Assembly (NCBI GenBank): GCA_965203325.1
Contig: OZ241875.1
Coordinates: 4,160,001-4,224,000 of the forward strand
Direction: 5' to 3'
Length of the DNA: 64,000 nucleotides
Source of the DNA: a bacterium
Lineage (GTDB): Bacteria > UBA8248
Part shown: in pieces, positions 12,651 through 21,256 of the stretch
Layout of the letters: every line of letters begins with the position of its first letter
Position numbering within the stretch: position 1 is the first letter of the stretch
Translations under genes and position numbers: made by a program
The notes under the pieces: generated by a model
What the model saw: only the letters and a program-made list of their open reading frames with translations
Told to the model about the DNA's origin: nothing
Database searches by the model: none

Positions 12651-13211
12651 TTACTGCTTCTTCGACTGACCGGCCGGGTCGTCTTTGTGTTGCTTTCTGT
12701 ACTTCCGCCATCTCCTTTTGCGTCTTTCCTCGAATTTTTTCACCATGTCGTCGAAAGACGTTTTTTGCTCATCGTCCAGGAAAGAGCGCACGTCTCTGCG
12801 AATTTCCTGCATGATGGAACTGATCTGCGGTCTCATACTGCGTCTGATGTCGCGTATCCGCGCATAGTGGCGCTCAAGCGCGCGATCCACGTTTTCACGC
12901 TGCGCGGGGTTCAGGTTCAAATCCCGCTCCAGCCGGCGCATGAAGCGTTTCTCGCCTCTTGAGCGGCGTCTCTCGCTTTTGGCGCGTTTGGAGTGGGCGG
13001 AACGAACCCTGCGCACCGAACGTTCCGCGGCTTCGGCGCGACGGGAACGGCTTTCGCGCGCTGCGGCTGCGCGTAGTTGCTCGTCCTTGTGGAACTTGTA
13101 TTCCGCATACTTGTGTCCGCCGACGTAGCCGGTGCCCGCTCCTGCTGCGAACACCACCAGCAGCACGGCTGAGGCCTTCATGAATTCTTTTGTGAACCAG
13201 GTTTTCATCAT
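12651..13211 (-). CDS. Membrane-anchored basic LTXXQ-like periplasmic protein
   Basis: N-terminal TM (LLVVFAAGAGTG), LNLNPAQ and LDDEQ motifs. Confidence 0.65.
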   Translation of the reverse strand: MMKTWFTKEFMKASAVLLVVFAAGAGTGYVGGHKYAEYKFHKDEQLRAAAARESRSRRAEAAERSVRRVRSAHSKRAKSERRRSRGEKRFMRRLERDLNLNPAQRENVDRALERHYARIRDIRRSMRPQISSIMQEIRRDVRSFLDDEQKTSFDDMVKKFEERRKRRWRKYRKQHKDDPAGQSKKQ

Positions 13212-13225
13212 CTCTGTCTCACACC

Positions 13226-13687
13226 CTAACGATCCGGCGAACTGTAGGCGACGAATTGAAGCAAATCATCGCCCCTCTGCGCCTCAAGCACGCTGCCGAC
13301 CATCACAATGGCGGGGTTCAGGGGATTTCTGTCGTAACTGACCACCAGATTAGGCTGTGGTCTCGAAACACGCATTTGCCTCTCGACGCCCCGGCTCCAG
13401 AAAAGGCTCGCAACGAGGAGCAGGACGCCCAGGGCGGCCACGGCGAATCTCGGTCCCGTCGCGGCCAGCGCCGCGGTGAAGGAGAAGGCGCCGTTAGATT
13501 GCGCTTCATGGGCGGCGAGCCGGGGGCGCAGCTTCTCCCAGAGTTTCTCGTCCGGCTCCGGCGCATCCTCGCGTGCGGCCTCGAAGAGGGCCTTGAGTTC
13601 CTCGACCGTCTCGTCTTCAGGCCTGTGAGCGTCCCAGTCCTGCGCGCTTTGGCCCCGGTTAAAAATGTTTTCCCACCAGCGCATCAC
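13226..13687 (-). CDS. Putative anti-sigma factor
   Basis: Single central TM; start overlaps the ECF sigma stop codon. Confidence 0.65.
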   Translation of the reverse strand: MMRWWENIFNRGQSAQDWDAHRPEDETVEELKALFEAAREDAPEPDEKLWEKLRPRLAAHEAQSNGAFSFTAALAATGPRFAVAALGVLLLVASLFWSRGVERQMRVSRPQPNLVVSYDRNPLNPAIVMVGSVLEAQRGDDLLQFVAYSSPDR

Positions 13688-14307
13688 TTCGCCTCCCGGA
13701 CGCTCTCGGCAACGCGCTTGAGACCTGCGCGAGCGCGGTTGAGTCTGGAGCGCACCGTACCGGGCCGAATCTGGAGCACTTCGGCTATCTCATCGTAACT
13801 CATTTCCTCGAGTTCGCGCATCACCAGAATCCGGCGATGTTTCTCCGGCAATTGCGCCAGGAGCTTTTGCAACTCCTCGCTCGCGCGGTTCTCGCGCATC
13901 TCTCGCAGCTTGTCCTGCCATTCCTTGTCTTCGGGCGCGGGCTCATCGGCGATTTGCTCTTCTTTGAGTTCTACCGGCAGCGGCCCGCCGCGCTTCAGGT
14001 AATCGCGGCAGTGATTGATCGCAATGCGGTAGACCCAGGTGGAAAACCTGGCGTCTCCCCGGAATTTCGGCAGGGCGAGATACGCCTTCAGGAATATCTC
14101 CTGAACGACGTCGTCCGTTTCCTCTCTGCGTTCTCCGAGCATCCCCCAAACGAGACGATTGATTTTTCCGGCGTTTTGGCGCATCAGGGGCTCGAAAGCG
14201 TCCTTGTCGCCGTTCTGACAGCGTTTGATACAGCACGACTCGTCGAGTTCTTCGTGCGGGGCTTCCAATAGTCCCAATCCCCAAGCCGGTATCGCCAGAG
14301 TGAACAT
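13684..14307 (-). CDS. ECF RNA polymerase sigma factor
   Basis: DVVQEIFLKAY, FSTWVYRIAIN, MSYDEIAEVL...GTVRSRLNRAR. Confidence 0.95.
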   Translation of the reverse strand: MFTLAIPAWGLGLLEAPHEELDESCCIKRCQNGDKDAFEPLMRQNAGKINRLVWGMLGERREETDDVVQEIFLKAYLALPKFRGDARFSTWVYRIAINHCRDYLKRGGPLPVELKEEQIADEPAPEDKEWQDKLREMRENRASEELQKLLAQLPEKHRRILVMRELEEMSYDEIAEVLQIRPGTVRSRLNRARAGLKRVAESVREAK

Positions 14308-14433
14308 CCTCGTCGCCTTATCGTATCAAATATGCTGTCAGAATGCGGGCGTTTTTCATATTTCTTCTCCCTACACCCCTTATGACGCCCCCAGGTTCCC
14401 ACTTTCGGGTGGAACGCATATAATATACTTTAC

Positions 14434-14446
14434 AATCAATGACTTG
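14434..14446 (+). promoter_or_regulatory. IHF consensus site in the ECF/dapB divergent region
   Basis: AATCAATGACTTG matches WATCAANNNNTTR, with an AT-rich flank. Confidence 0.5.
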
Positions 14447-14478
14447 CTGATATTTCCAAATCAGGAAAGGGGAATCCC

Positions 14479-15279
14479 GTGTCGATACGAATCGTCGTGG
14501 CCGGAGCCGGCGGCAGGATGGGGGGCCGCATCATCCACCAGATCGCCTCATCGGACGATCTCACCCTCTCGGGCGCGCTCGAGCGCGAGGGGTTTGAAGA
14601 ATTGGGGAAGGATGCGGGCGCACACGCAGGCTGCGGGGATATGGGCGTTGCGCTCAGCAGCGATTCATCCGCTTTGAGCGGCGACGTGCTGGTCTCCTTC
14701 GCGATCCCCGAAGCGAGCGTCGCCCACGTGCGCCTGGCGGCCGAGAAGGGGATGGCCGCCGTCGTCGGCACCACGGGCTTCTCGGACTCCCAGCGCGAGG
14801 AGATAGCAGGCTTCGGCGGCAGCATCGCCTGCGTCCTGGCGCCCAACATGAGCGTGGGGGTGAACGTCTCCTTCCGCCTGATAGAGGAGGCCGCAAGGCT
14901 CCTTGGCGATGATTACGACATCGAGGTCATCGAAACCCACCACAACCAGAAAATAGACGCCCCCTCGGGGACGGCGGTGCGCATGGGCGAGATACTCGCC
15001 CGTGTGACGGGCAGGCAATACCCCGAAGACGCCGTTTTTCACCGGGAAGGCCAGACCGGCATACGCCCCGAGGGCGTCATCGGCATGCAGACCCTGCGCG
15101 GCGGCGACGTGCCGGGCGAGCACACCGTCTATTTCTTCGGGATGGGCGAGCGGGTGGAGATCACCCACCGCGCCGGCAGCCGGGATAATTTCGCGGCGGG
15201 CGCCGTTCGCGCGATACGCTGGGTGGCGGACAAATCCCCCGGCATATACGGAATGGAGGACGTTCTGGGGCTTTCATAG
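14479..15279 (+). CDS. dapB: 4-hydroxy-tetrahydrodipicolinate reductase
   Basis: GAGGRMG, VGTTG, ETHHNQKIDAPSGTA, RGGDVPGEH. Confidence 0.97.
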   Translation: MSIRIVVAGAGGRMGGRIIHQIASSDDLTLSGALEREGFEELGKDAGAHAGCGDMGVALSSDSSALSGDVLVSFAIPEASVAHVRLAAEKGMAAVVGTTGFSDSQREEIAGFGGSIACVLAPNMSVGVNVSFRLIEEAARLLGDDYDIEVIETHHNQKIDAPSGTAVRMGEILARVTGRQYPEDAVFHREGQTGIRPEGVIGMQTLRGGDVPGEHTVYFFGMGERVEITHRAGSRDNFAAGAVRAIRWVADKSPGIYGMEDVLGLS

Positions 15280-15329
15280 GATTCATCCCTTGATTTTTAC
15301 TATCGACAACACCATGAGGAGATGCGTGG

Positions 15330-15851
15330 ATGGCTCATGAAATCGAAGCGGCGGGGGTCGAATACATCAAGGCGGCGGACGGGAGGACGCTGGCGCAGGT
15401 CATCAGGAACAGCTTTGACGATTATGCCGCCTTCCCGCCTTATCTGGATTCAGAAGAAGAGCGCGCCCATCTGGCGGAAGCCTACTCCGGCGCCGACCCC
15501 GAAACCGAGCGGAGAACGAAGGCGCACATGACGCCGGACGAGAACCCGCTCCAGATCGTCATGCTGAACCGGAATCCCGGCGCCGTCGTGAACCCGCATT
15601 ACCACGAGGTTACCGAGCGCCCCGCCAACACGACGCGCCACCAGATCATGATCTGCCGCTCGGGCCGGATGCGGATCGGCGTCTACGCCAAAGAGGGAGA
15701 CCATGCCGCCGACGTAGAACTGGCGCCCGGCGACCTGATTCTCATGTACGAGGGCCACCGCATCGAATTTTTAGAGGCGGGCACGAAGGCCATCGAGATC
15801 AAGGAAGGACCCTTCCCGGAGACCGACGAGGCGGACAAGGTGGATTTTTGA
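15330..15851 (+). CDS. Cupin-fold protein (WbuC-like)
   Basis: PHYH...SGRMRI...LAPGDLILMYEGH...EIKEGP cupin pattern; GAGGAG RBS. Confidence 0.6.
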   Translation: MAHEIEAAGVEYIKAADGRTLAQVIRNSFDDYAAFPPYLDSEEERAHLAEAYSGADPETERRTKAHMTPDENPLQIVMLNRNPGAVVNPHYHEVTERPANTTRHQIMICRSGRMRIGVYAKEGDHAADVELAPGDLILMYEGHRIEFLEAGTKAIEIKEGPFPETDEADKVDF

Positions 15852-15881
15852 TTTTTTGAAGTGGTAAGTCCTGGCCCCGTG

Positions 15882-16359
15882 CTAGGGGATGTTGAAAAAC
15901 CCTTAGCCGTTAGGTCGGGAATTTACTCTAGGGGCGGACCGGCGTGTCCGCCCGTTTTTCGTTTCGGCGGGGGCAGGGCGGCCACACAGGTCCACCCCTA
16001 CGGGAACCTGCAAATCCCAATGGAGGCTGCTGTAGGGACAAACCCCCGTGTCTATCCGAGGGCTCCCGTTCTGCAAGGGACAACCACAGGGAGTTGTCCC
16101 TACAGGTTGGAATTCACCACCGCCGTCATTCCGGCTTTCGCCGGAATGACGTGCAAAGGCGAAACCCCCGGATTCCGGCATTCCCTCGCGCCCTGGTCGG
16201 AATGGATTTGTAGGGGCCGCATACATGCGGCCCATGGTTGGAAGGCGAAAAAGAAGGGTCGCATATATGCGACCCCTACGGACGTTCTTACCGTGACACC
16301 AGCCTTGGCCTCAACCGTTGCGGGATTTTGCCTTTGTAATGACAGGCCCCTGTCCCTAC
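15882..16359. repeat. Dense cluster of REP palindromes and a MITE-like end
   Basis: GGGGATGTTGAAAAACCC end, several GTAGGG...CCCTAC doublets, and CGTCATTCCGGC-TTTC-GCCGGAATGACG. Confidence 0.85.
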
Positions 16360-16366
16360 TCCCGCC

Positions 16367-17335
16367 CTAGGCGCCCGAAGCGGCGACGCCGACTTGCTTG
16401 GCGAGCGTTTTCGCCGCCTCCTGGTAGGATTTCTGCAGTTCGGGGCTCGGCGTGACCGGGTTGTGGTAGCGGCCCAGGAAGCGGTTCTCCTTGCTCCATA
16501 TCTCCCGGACCTGGAGGATGGAATCGACGGTTCCGTCGCTCTTGTCGTCCACGAACATGTAGTAGTAGCGGCTGTACTGGTTCGTGACGTTTCCGAAGAA
16601 TTTCTCGTCCTTGTGGTATATCTTCTGGAACGGCCCGGTCGGCGCTTGGAGCCTCAAGGTCCTTCCGCCGAATATCGAATCCGACACTTCGAGCGTATAT
16701 TTCTTGCCGCCGATCGTCTGGTTGACCGAATAGACGCTGCCCGAGAGCGTCGGTTTCCTGTCCCCCAGCGCGAATGCGCTCAGTTTCCCGTAGAGGCTGG
16801 TGTTCACGGATTTCGAAAAGTTGTTCGAGATGCCGTAGACCACGAGCAGTATCACCGCCGCGGCGAGGAAAACGAGGGTGGGGGAGCGTCTCGCCGGTTT
16901 CCCGTCTTCTTCCATGCCCCGGTTGGTGGCCACGTCCTCCCTCATCTCGGAGAGGTCCTTGTACATCTCCTCCGGCGTGAGTTCCAGAGGCTCAGGGAGC
17001 GGTTCGGGTTCGGGCGCCGCCTTCTTGGCCGGGGCGGCCGCCGCAGCACCTCCGCCCGCCGCCGCGGCTGCGGGGGCCGCCGCGCCGCCGCCCGCGAAGA
17101 AATCCGCGTTTATCTGCGTGTATTTCGACCACTGCGAGGGCAGGTCGCTTTCTTCGAAAATGGCGTCCACCGGACACGCCGGCACGCAGGCCGCGCAGTC
17201 GATGCACTCGACGGGGTCGATGTAGAGCATCGGGCTCGAGCCGTCCGCCGCCTCATGAATGCAGTCGACCGGGCATACGTCGACGCATGCGGTGTCCTTG
17301 GTGTCGATGCATGGTTCCGCGATGACGTGGGTCAT
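16367..17335 (-). CDS. 7Fe-type ferredoxin fused to an Ala/Pro linker, a TM helix and an unknown C-terminal domain
   Basis: MTHVIAEPCIDTKDTACVDVCPVDCIH...IDPVECIDCAACVPACPVDAIF (FdxA-type), continuing in frame for about 240 aa; GAGGAG RBS. Confidence 0.85.
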   Translation of the reverse strand: MTHVIAEPCIDTKDTACVDVCPVDCIHEAADGSSPMLYIDPVECIDCAACVPACPVDAIFEESDLPSQWSKYTQINADFFAGGGAAAPAAAAAGGGAAAAAPAKKAAPEPEPLPEPLELTPEEMYKDLSEMREDVATNRGMEEDGKPARRSPTLVFLAAAVILLVVYGISNNFSKSVNTSLYGKLSAFALGDRKPTLSGSVYSVNQTIGGKKYTLEVSDSIFGGRTLRLQAPTGPFQKIYHKDEKFFGNVTNQYSRYYYMFVDDKSDGTVDSILQVREIWSKENRFLGRYHNPVTPSPELQKSYQEAAKTLAKQVGVAASGA

Positions 17336-17674
17336 CGGAATGCGCTCCTCAAGCAAGAGTCCGGGCAAATGATTGCGCACCTTGACGGCGCGATTTTGAA
17401 CGCGGGAATGTTAGCATTTTTTTTCAGGGAAACACAATATGTGTGGGAGATGCGGGGGTAAATTAATTACTGTGCCGAAAAATGGAAGGGATGGGCGAAT
17501 TTCGGTGTTATTTTACGGCGCTTCTGTTTGCTCGCTGGAGTCAAGGTAGTAAAAACCCGGTTTCAGTCAGAGTGCTGGCTTTCCTTCAAATTAGCCTGTT
17601 CGTTTGTGAGACTATCAAATAGAAGGCAGTATTAATTATCTGGCATATATTAATTCATATCAATTCAAATTAAA

Positions 17675-17704
17675 TTGACTTAATGTAATTCAATATGCTA
17701 AAAT
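17675..17704 (+). promoter_or_regulatory. Sigma70-type promoter of the AT-rich island
   Basis: TTGACT-18 bp-TAAAAT with a TG extension and an AT-rich upstream region. Confidence 0.55.
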
Positions 17705-17826
17705 TAGAAGTGTTTAAATTTTGTTATCTTGCTTCTCCTTGAAAAGGGAGCTTTAAGATTTGGAATTGAATAATTTTGTGAGTTTAAAATAGAGATTGTC
17801 TACTCAACTCAAATAGGAGATATTCC

Positions 17827-17970
17827 ATGGCGCAAAATACAATGAAGTGGTTGATGATGCTATCGGTTGTAGTTTTTTCGACCATCTTGCTATCGGAAGC
17901 GACGAATAATTGTCCAGAGGGTTACGTGCCATGTGGCCAGAGGAAACAATTTTGTTGCCCCGCATCCTAG
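17827..17970 (+). CDS. Small secreted Cys-rich peptide (47 aa)
   Basis: AGGAGA RBS; MAQNTMKWLMMLSVVVFSTILLSEA-TNNCPEGYVPCGQRKQFCCPAS; not in the ORF track. Confidence 0.7.
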   Translation: MAQNTMKWLMMLSVVVFSTILLSEATNNCPEGYVPCGQRKQFCCPAS

Positions 17971-18041
17971 GAGCAAGATTGTTTTAGTGTTTTCACGGCT
18001 ACACAGGCACATGTGCAGGGTGGTCAGTCGGGAGGTATAAC

Positions 18042-18809
18042 ATGCCCAAGAAAAGACGAGGAAACCTTGCCATAGCATGCGTAGTGTGTATTCTCATAGT
18101 AGCCGGGTGTACTGGGCACGAACCACCGACAGTGCATACCATTATGAGAAAATTAGGATATCTTACGATAACGCCACCATCAAGACTCCATAAACCGGGA
18201 GCGATCAATACAGTCGAATTTCTAAACGGTGGTAAAGTGGCGCTTCATCCAACCTGTAATATCGGTCCGGAGTTACTTGAAGGTAATATTAAGGAGTCGA
18301 TAACCTCCGATGCTATAAACAGCCGAGAGCTCAACAAGAAGCTAGATATTTCGGGATACTTCTTTGAAGACTTGGCCCCCGAAGCGGGCATAGAGCTGGT
18401 GGAAAGCGCTATCGTAAAACTGAACAATCCCCGCATCCTTGTGATTACCGACGAGACGCTGTTAAGGATACGGCATGCCATTTTGAAGGATGATTGCGCA
18501 GTTGTAGTTAAGGATAGTATCAAGAATGGAGGGCGCGTGTGTCAGACCAGAGAAGTGCTGGAGGCTGAGGTCGTATACGAAATCAGGTATAAGAAGAACG
18601 TTTCAGTAAAAGCGCGAGACAAGTTCATGTCGAAAACCGCTGCGCGTCTCAAGCTCAAATTCACCCAGGACGGGATGAACCAGATTTCTGCTAAGCAGCA
18701 ACTTTTCTATGGCATAAAACTTGCGCCAGAAGCGGTGTTCTTAAATAGTCCGGGTGCCGAATCAGCGCAGTGTGCCAAACTTGATTTAACATCGACCTCT
18801 CAATGGTAG
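18042..18809 (+). CDS. Lipoprotein, putative gasdermin-like pore-forming fold
   Basis: GGAGG RBS; lipobox VAGC (Cys23); by-eye resemblance to bacterial gasdermin motifs. The CDS is well supported; the function is tentative. Confidence 0.6.
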   Translation: MPKKRRGNLAIACVVCILIVAGCTGHEPPTVHTIMRKLGYLTITPPSRLHKPGAINTVEFLNGGKVALHPTCNIGPELLEGNIKESITSDAINSRELNKKLDISGYFFEDLAPEAGIELVESAIVKLNNPRILVITDETLLRIRHAILKDDCAVVVKDSIKNGGRVCQTREVLEAEVVYEIRYKKNVSVKARDKFMSKTAARLKLKFTQDGMNQISAKQQLFYGIKLAPEAVFLNSPGAESAQCAKLDLTSTSQW

Positions 18810-19239
18810 TTGCCAGTCAGTTCAGGCTATTACTACGATGACGTGTAATTGAACCAAGGTCAGAGTTAGTGTGAGGCATCATGAACTAAACTGTTTCCCA
18901 GCTAGCTTTTTTTCCTATACCCCATCGTTAACCACACAGTCCACTTGATAGATATCGTGTAGGCGACGCCGTCGTTTCTGGTTCCTCAATGCGAGTTGCG
19001 CACGAGATGCAGCCCCTTCCTACATCCACTCCAACTTCCGCATTCGCTAGCAACTCCCCCATCCCCCAGCATCCCCAAACCTTGCCGAGTTCTCCTATGC
19101 GTGCTAGGTTTCCGGCTTATGGAACCTGGAAGGCTGGAATGCTTGCAAGAAATTGCATCAGGATAAGCATGTAACCCACTGAAACTTAGGCTTTAGCGGG
19201 TATGCCTTTTTCTATCAAACACAACACTTGAGGAATTTC

Positions 19240-20415
19240 ATGGCGTCAATCAATATCGAACGCGCGCACAGGCTCAAGCGCTTGCCTCCCTATCTCTTCG
19301 CGGAAATCGACCGGATGAAGGCGGAAGTCGCCGATTCGGGCATGGACATCATCAGTCTGGGCATCGGCGACCCGGACCTGCCGACGCCCGGCCACATCAT
19401 CGAAGAGCTCGACGTGGCCTCGCGAAAGCTCACGAACCACCAGTATCCCTCCTACGAGGGCATGCCCTCCTACCGCAAGGCCGTGGCGGACTGGTACGGG
19501 TCGCGCTTCGGGGTCGCTCTCGACCCGGCCTCGGAGGTCATCTCCCTGATCGGCTCGAAAGAGGGCATCGCCCATATCCCGCTCGCGTTCGTGGACCCGG
19601 GCGACCACGTGCTCGTGCCGGACCCGGCCTATCCCGTCTACGAGATCGGCACCTATTTCGCGGACGGGCAGGTGCACTTCATGCCCCTGGTCGCCGAAAA
19701 CGATTTCCTGCCCGATCTGGGCGCGATCCCGACGGACGTGGCGAAGAACACCAAACTCATGTTCATCAACTATCCGAACAACCCCACCGCCGCCTGCGCG
19801 GAAGTGGATTTCTACAACGAACTCGTCGAGTTCGCCCGCTCGTATGACATCATCGTGTGCAGCGACAACGCCTACTCCGAGATGGCCTTTGACGGGTACG
19901 AGCCCATCAGCTTCCTGAACGCGGAGGGTGCCAAGGACGTGGGTGTCGAGTTCCATTCGTGTTCCAAGACCTACAACATGACCGGCTGGCGCATCGCCAG
20001 TGCCGTGGGGAACGCGGAAGTCCTGGCGGGCCTCGGCGCCATCAAGACGAACGTGGACTCCGGCGTATTCGGCGCGGTGCAGGAGGCGGGCATCAAGGCG
20101 ATGAGCGCGGACCAGGCCTGCGTGGCCGAAATGCGCAAGATGTACCAGGGCAGGCGCGACGTCGTGATGGAGGGCCTCAAAAAACTGGGATTAGAGGCGA
20201 ATACGCCCAAGGCCACGTTCTACGTCTGGGTGCGGTGCCCCGAGGGTTTCACGTCGTCCGAGTTCACGGCGCACGTTCTCAGAAACTGCGGCGTCGTCAC
20301 CACGCCGGGGAACGGTTTCGGGCCCTCCGGCGAGGGATATATCCGTTTCGCCCTGACGGTTCCGGAAGCGAGGCTCAAAGAAGCCTTGGAGAGAATCGAG
20401 AAGGCGGGCTTTTGA
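19240..20415 (+). CDS. dapL: LL-diaminopimelate aminotransferase
   Basis: [46 protein letters not shown]; lies among dap genes. Confidence 0.9.
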   Translation: MASINIERAHRLKRLPPYLFAEIDRMKAEVADSGMDIISLGIGDPDLPTPGHIIEELDVASRKLTNHQYPSYEGMPSYRKAVADWYGSRFGVALDPASEVISLIGSKEGIAHIPLAFVDPGDHVLVPDPAYPVYEIGTYFADGQVHFMPLVAENDFLPDLGAIPTDVAKNTKLMFINYPNNPTAACAEVDFYNELVEFARSYDIIVCSDNAYSEMAFDGYEPISFLNAEGAKDVGVEFHSCSKTYNMTGWRIASAVGNAEVLAGLGAIKTNVDSGVFGAVQEAGIKAMSADQACVAEMRKMYQGRRDVVMEGLKKLGLEANTPKATFYVWVRCPEGFTSSEFTAHVLRNCGVVTTPGNGFGPSGEGYIRFALTVPEARLKEALERIEKAGF

Positions 20416-20921
20416 GCCATAAAGCGCGCGCTTTCATCGGCGCGGGCGCCAACCTCGGCGAGCCGGTTCGCCAGATTCGGCAGGCGCAGGATGCGCTGCA
20501 AAAAAGCCCGGGCATCAAATTTCTCAGCGCATCGTCCCTCTACCGCACGCAGCCGGTGGGTCCCGTCGAGCAGCCTCCCTTCATTAACGCCGTTTTTTCG
20601 CTCGAACCCGAAATCGGCCCGCAGGAACTTCTTTCGCTCCTCCTGGAAATCGAGCAGAAAATGGGCCGCGTGAGAAAGGAGCGCTGGGGGCCCCGGGTGA
20701 TCGACCTGGACCTGCTCTTCTTCGGTGGGGAAATCATCAAGGAGCAGGGGCTGGAAGTCCCGCATCCCAGGCTGCACGAGAGGCGCTTCGTTCTCGTGCC
20801 CCTGGCCGAAATCGCGCCCGGCTTCGCTCATCCCGTCACCAGGAAAACCGTTTCCGAACTGCTGGCCGGTCTCCCTGCGGGAGATTTCTGGGTCGAGAAG
20901 TTTCAAGCGGAGTCTTCCTAG
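20412..20921 (+). CDS. folK: 2-amino-4-hydroxy-6-hydroxymethyldihydropteridine diphosphokinase
   Basis: TTG start overlapping the dapL stop; [44 protein letters not shown]. Confidence 0.95.
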   Translation: MSHKARAFIGAGANLGEPVRQIRQAQDALQKSPGIKFLSASSLYRTQPVGPVEQPPFINAVFSLEPEIGPQELLSLLLEIEQKMGRVRKERWGPRVIDLDLLFFGGEIIKEQGLEVPHPRLHERRFVLVPLAEIAPGFAHPVTRKTVSELLAGLPAGDFWVEKFQAESS

Positions 20922-20954
20922 AGCCTGAGCCGTCCTGCCGAGGTAACCATTATT

Positions 20955-21175
20955 AGGGCTGTTGAAAAGTCCCTGTTTCGTGATTCGGCGTATGGAGCCG
21001 ACCGGGAAGGAGGGTCTGACGCGATGGGATTGTAGGGGCGGTTCGCGAACCGCCCCTACGGGCGGATGCGAAGGCGAGCGGACAGAGGGGCCAGGACAGG
21101 CACAGGGGCCTGTCCCTACGACAAACCTTCGAGAGAAACACTCCTCCATTGACAAAGGGTTTTTCAACAACCCCT
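20955..21175. mobile_element. MITE-like element with terminal inverted repeats and internal REPs
   Basis: Left end AGGGCTGTTGAAAAGTCCCT; right end (reverse complement) AGGGGTTGTTGAAAAACCCT; internal GTAGGGGCGGTTCGCGAACCGCCCCTAC. Confidence 0.7.
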
Positions 21176-21256
21176 TGTTTTTCCCTCTGATTTTTAAGAA
21201 GATAGCCTACCGCCGCCCATTACGGCGCATGTTGCCCGTTTTCCCGGTGAATTTCG

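Noticed and set aside
15882..16359. CRISPR array, or protein-coding ORFs (15861..16370, 15903..16235)
   Set aside because: The repeats are heterogeneous inverted palindromes without constant repeat-spacer periodicity, there are no cas genes, and the ORFs are translations of REP DNA.
19120..19150. Sigma54 promoter upstream of dapL
   Set aside because: GG-to-GC spacing is 11 rather than the required 10.
19959..20411. Extended FolK (320 aa ORF)
   Set aside because: Off-frame overlap with dapL; folK starts at TTG 20412.
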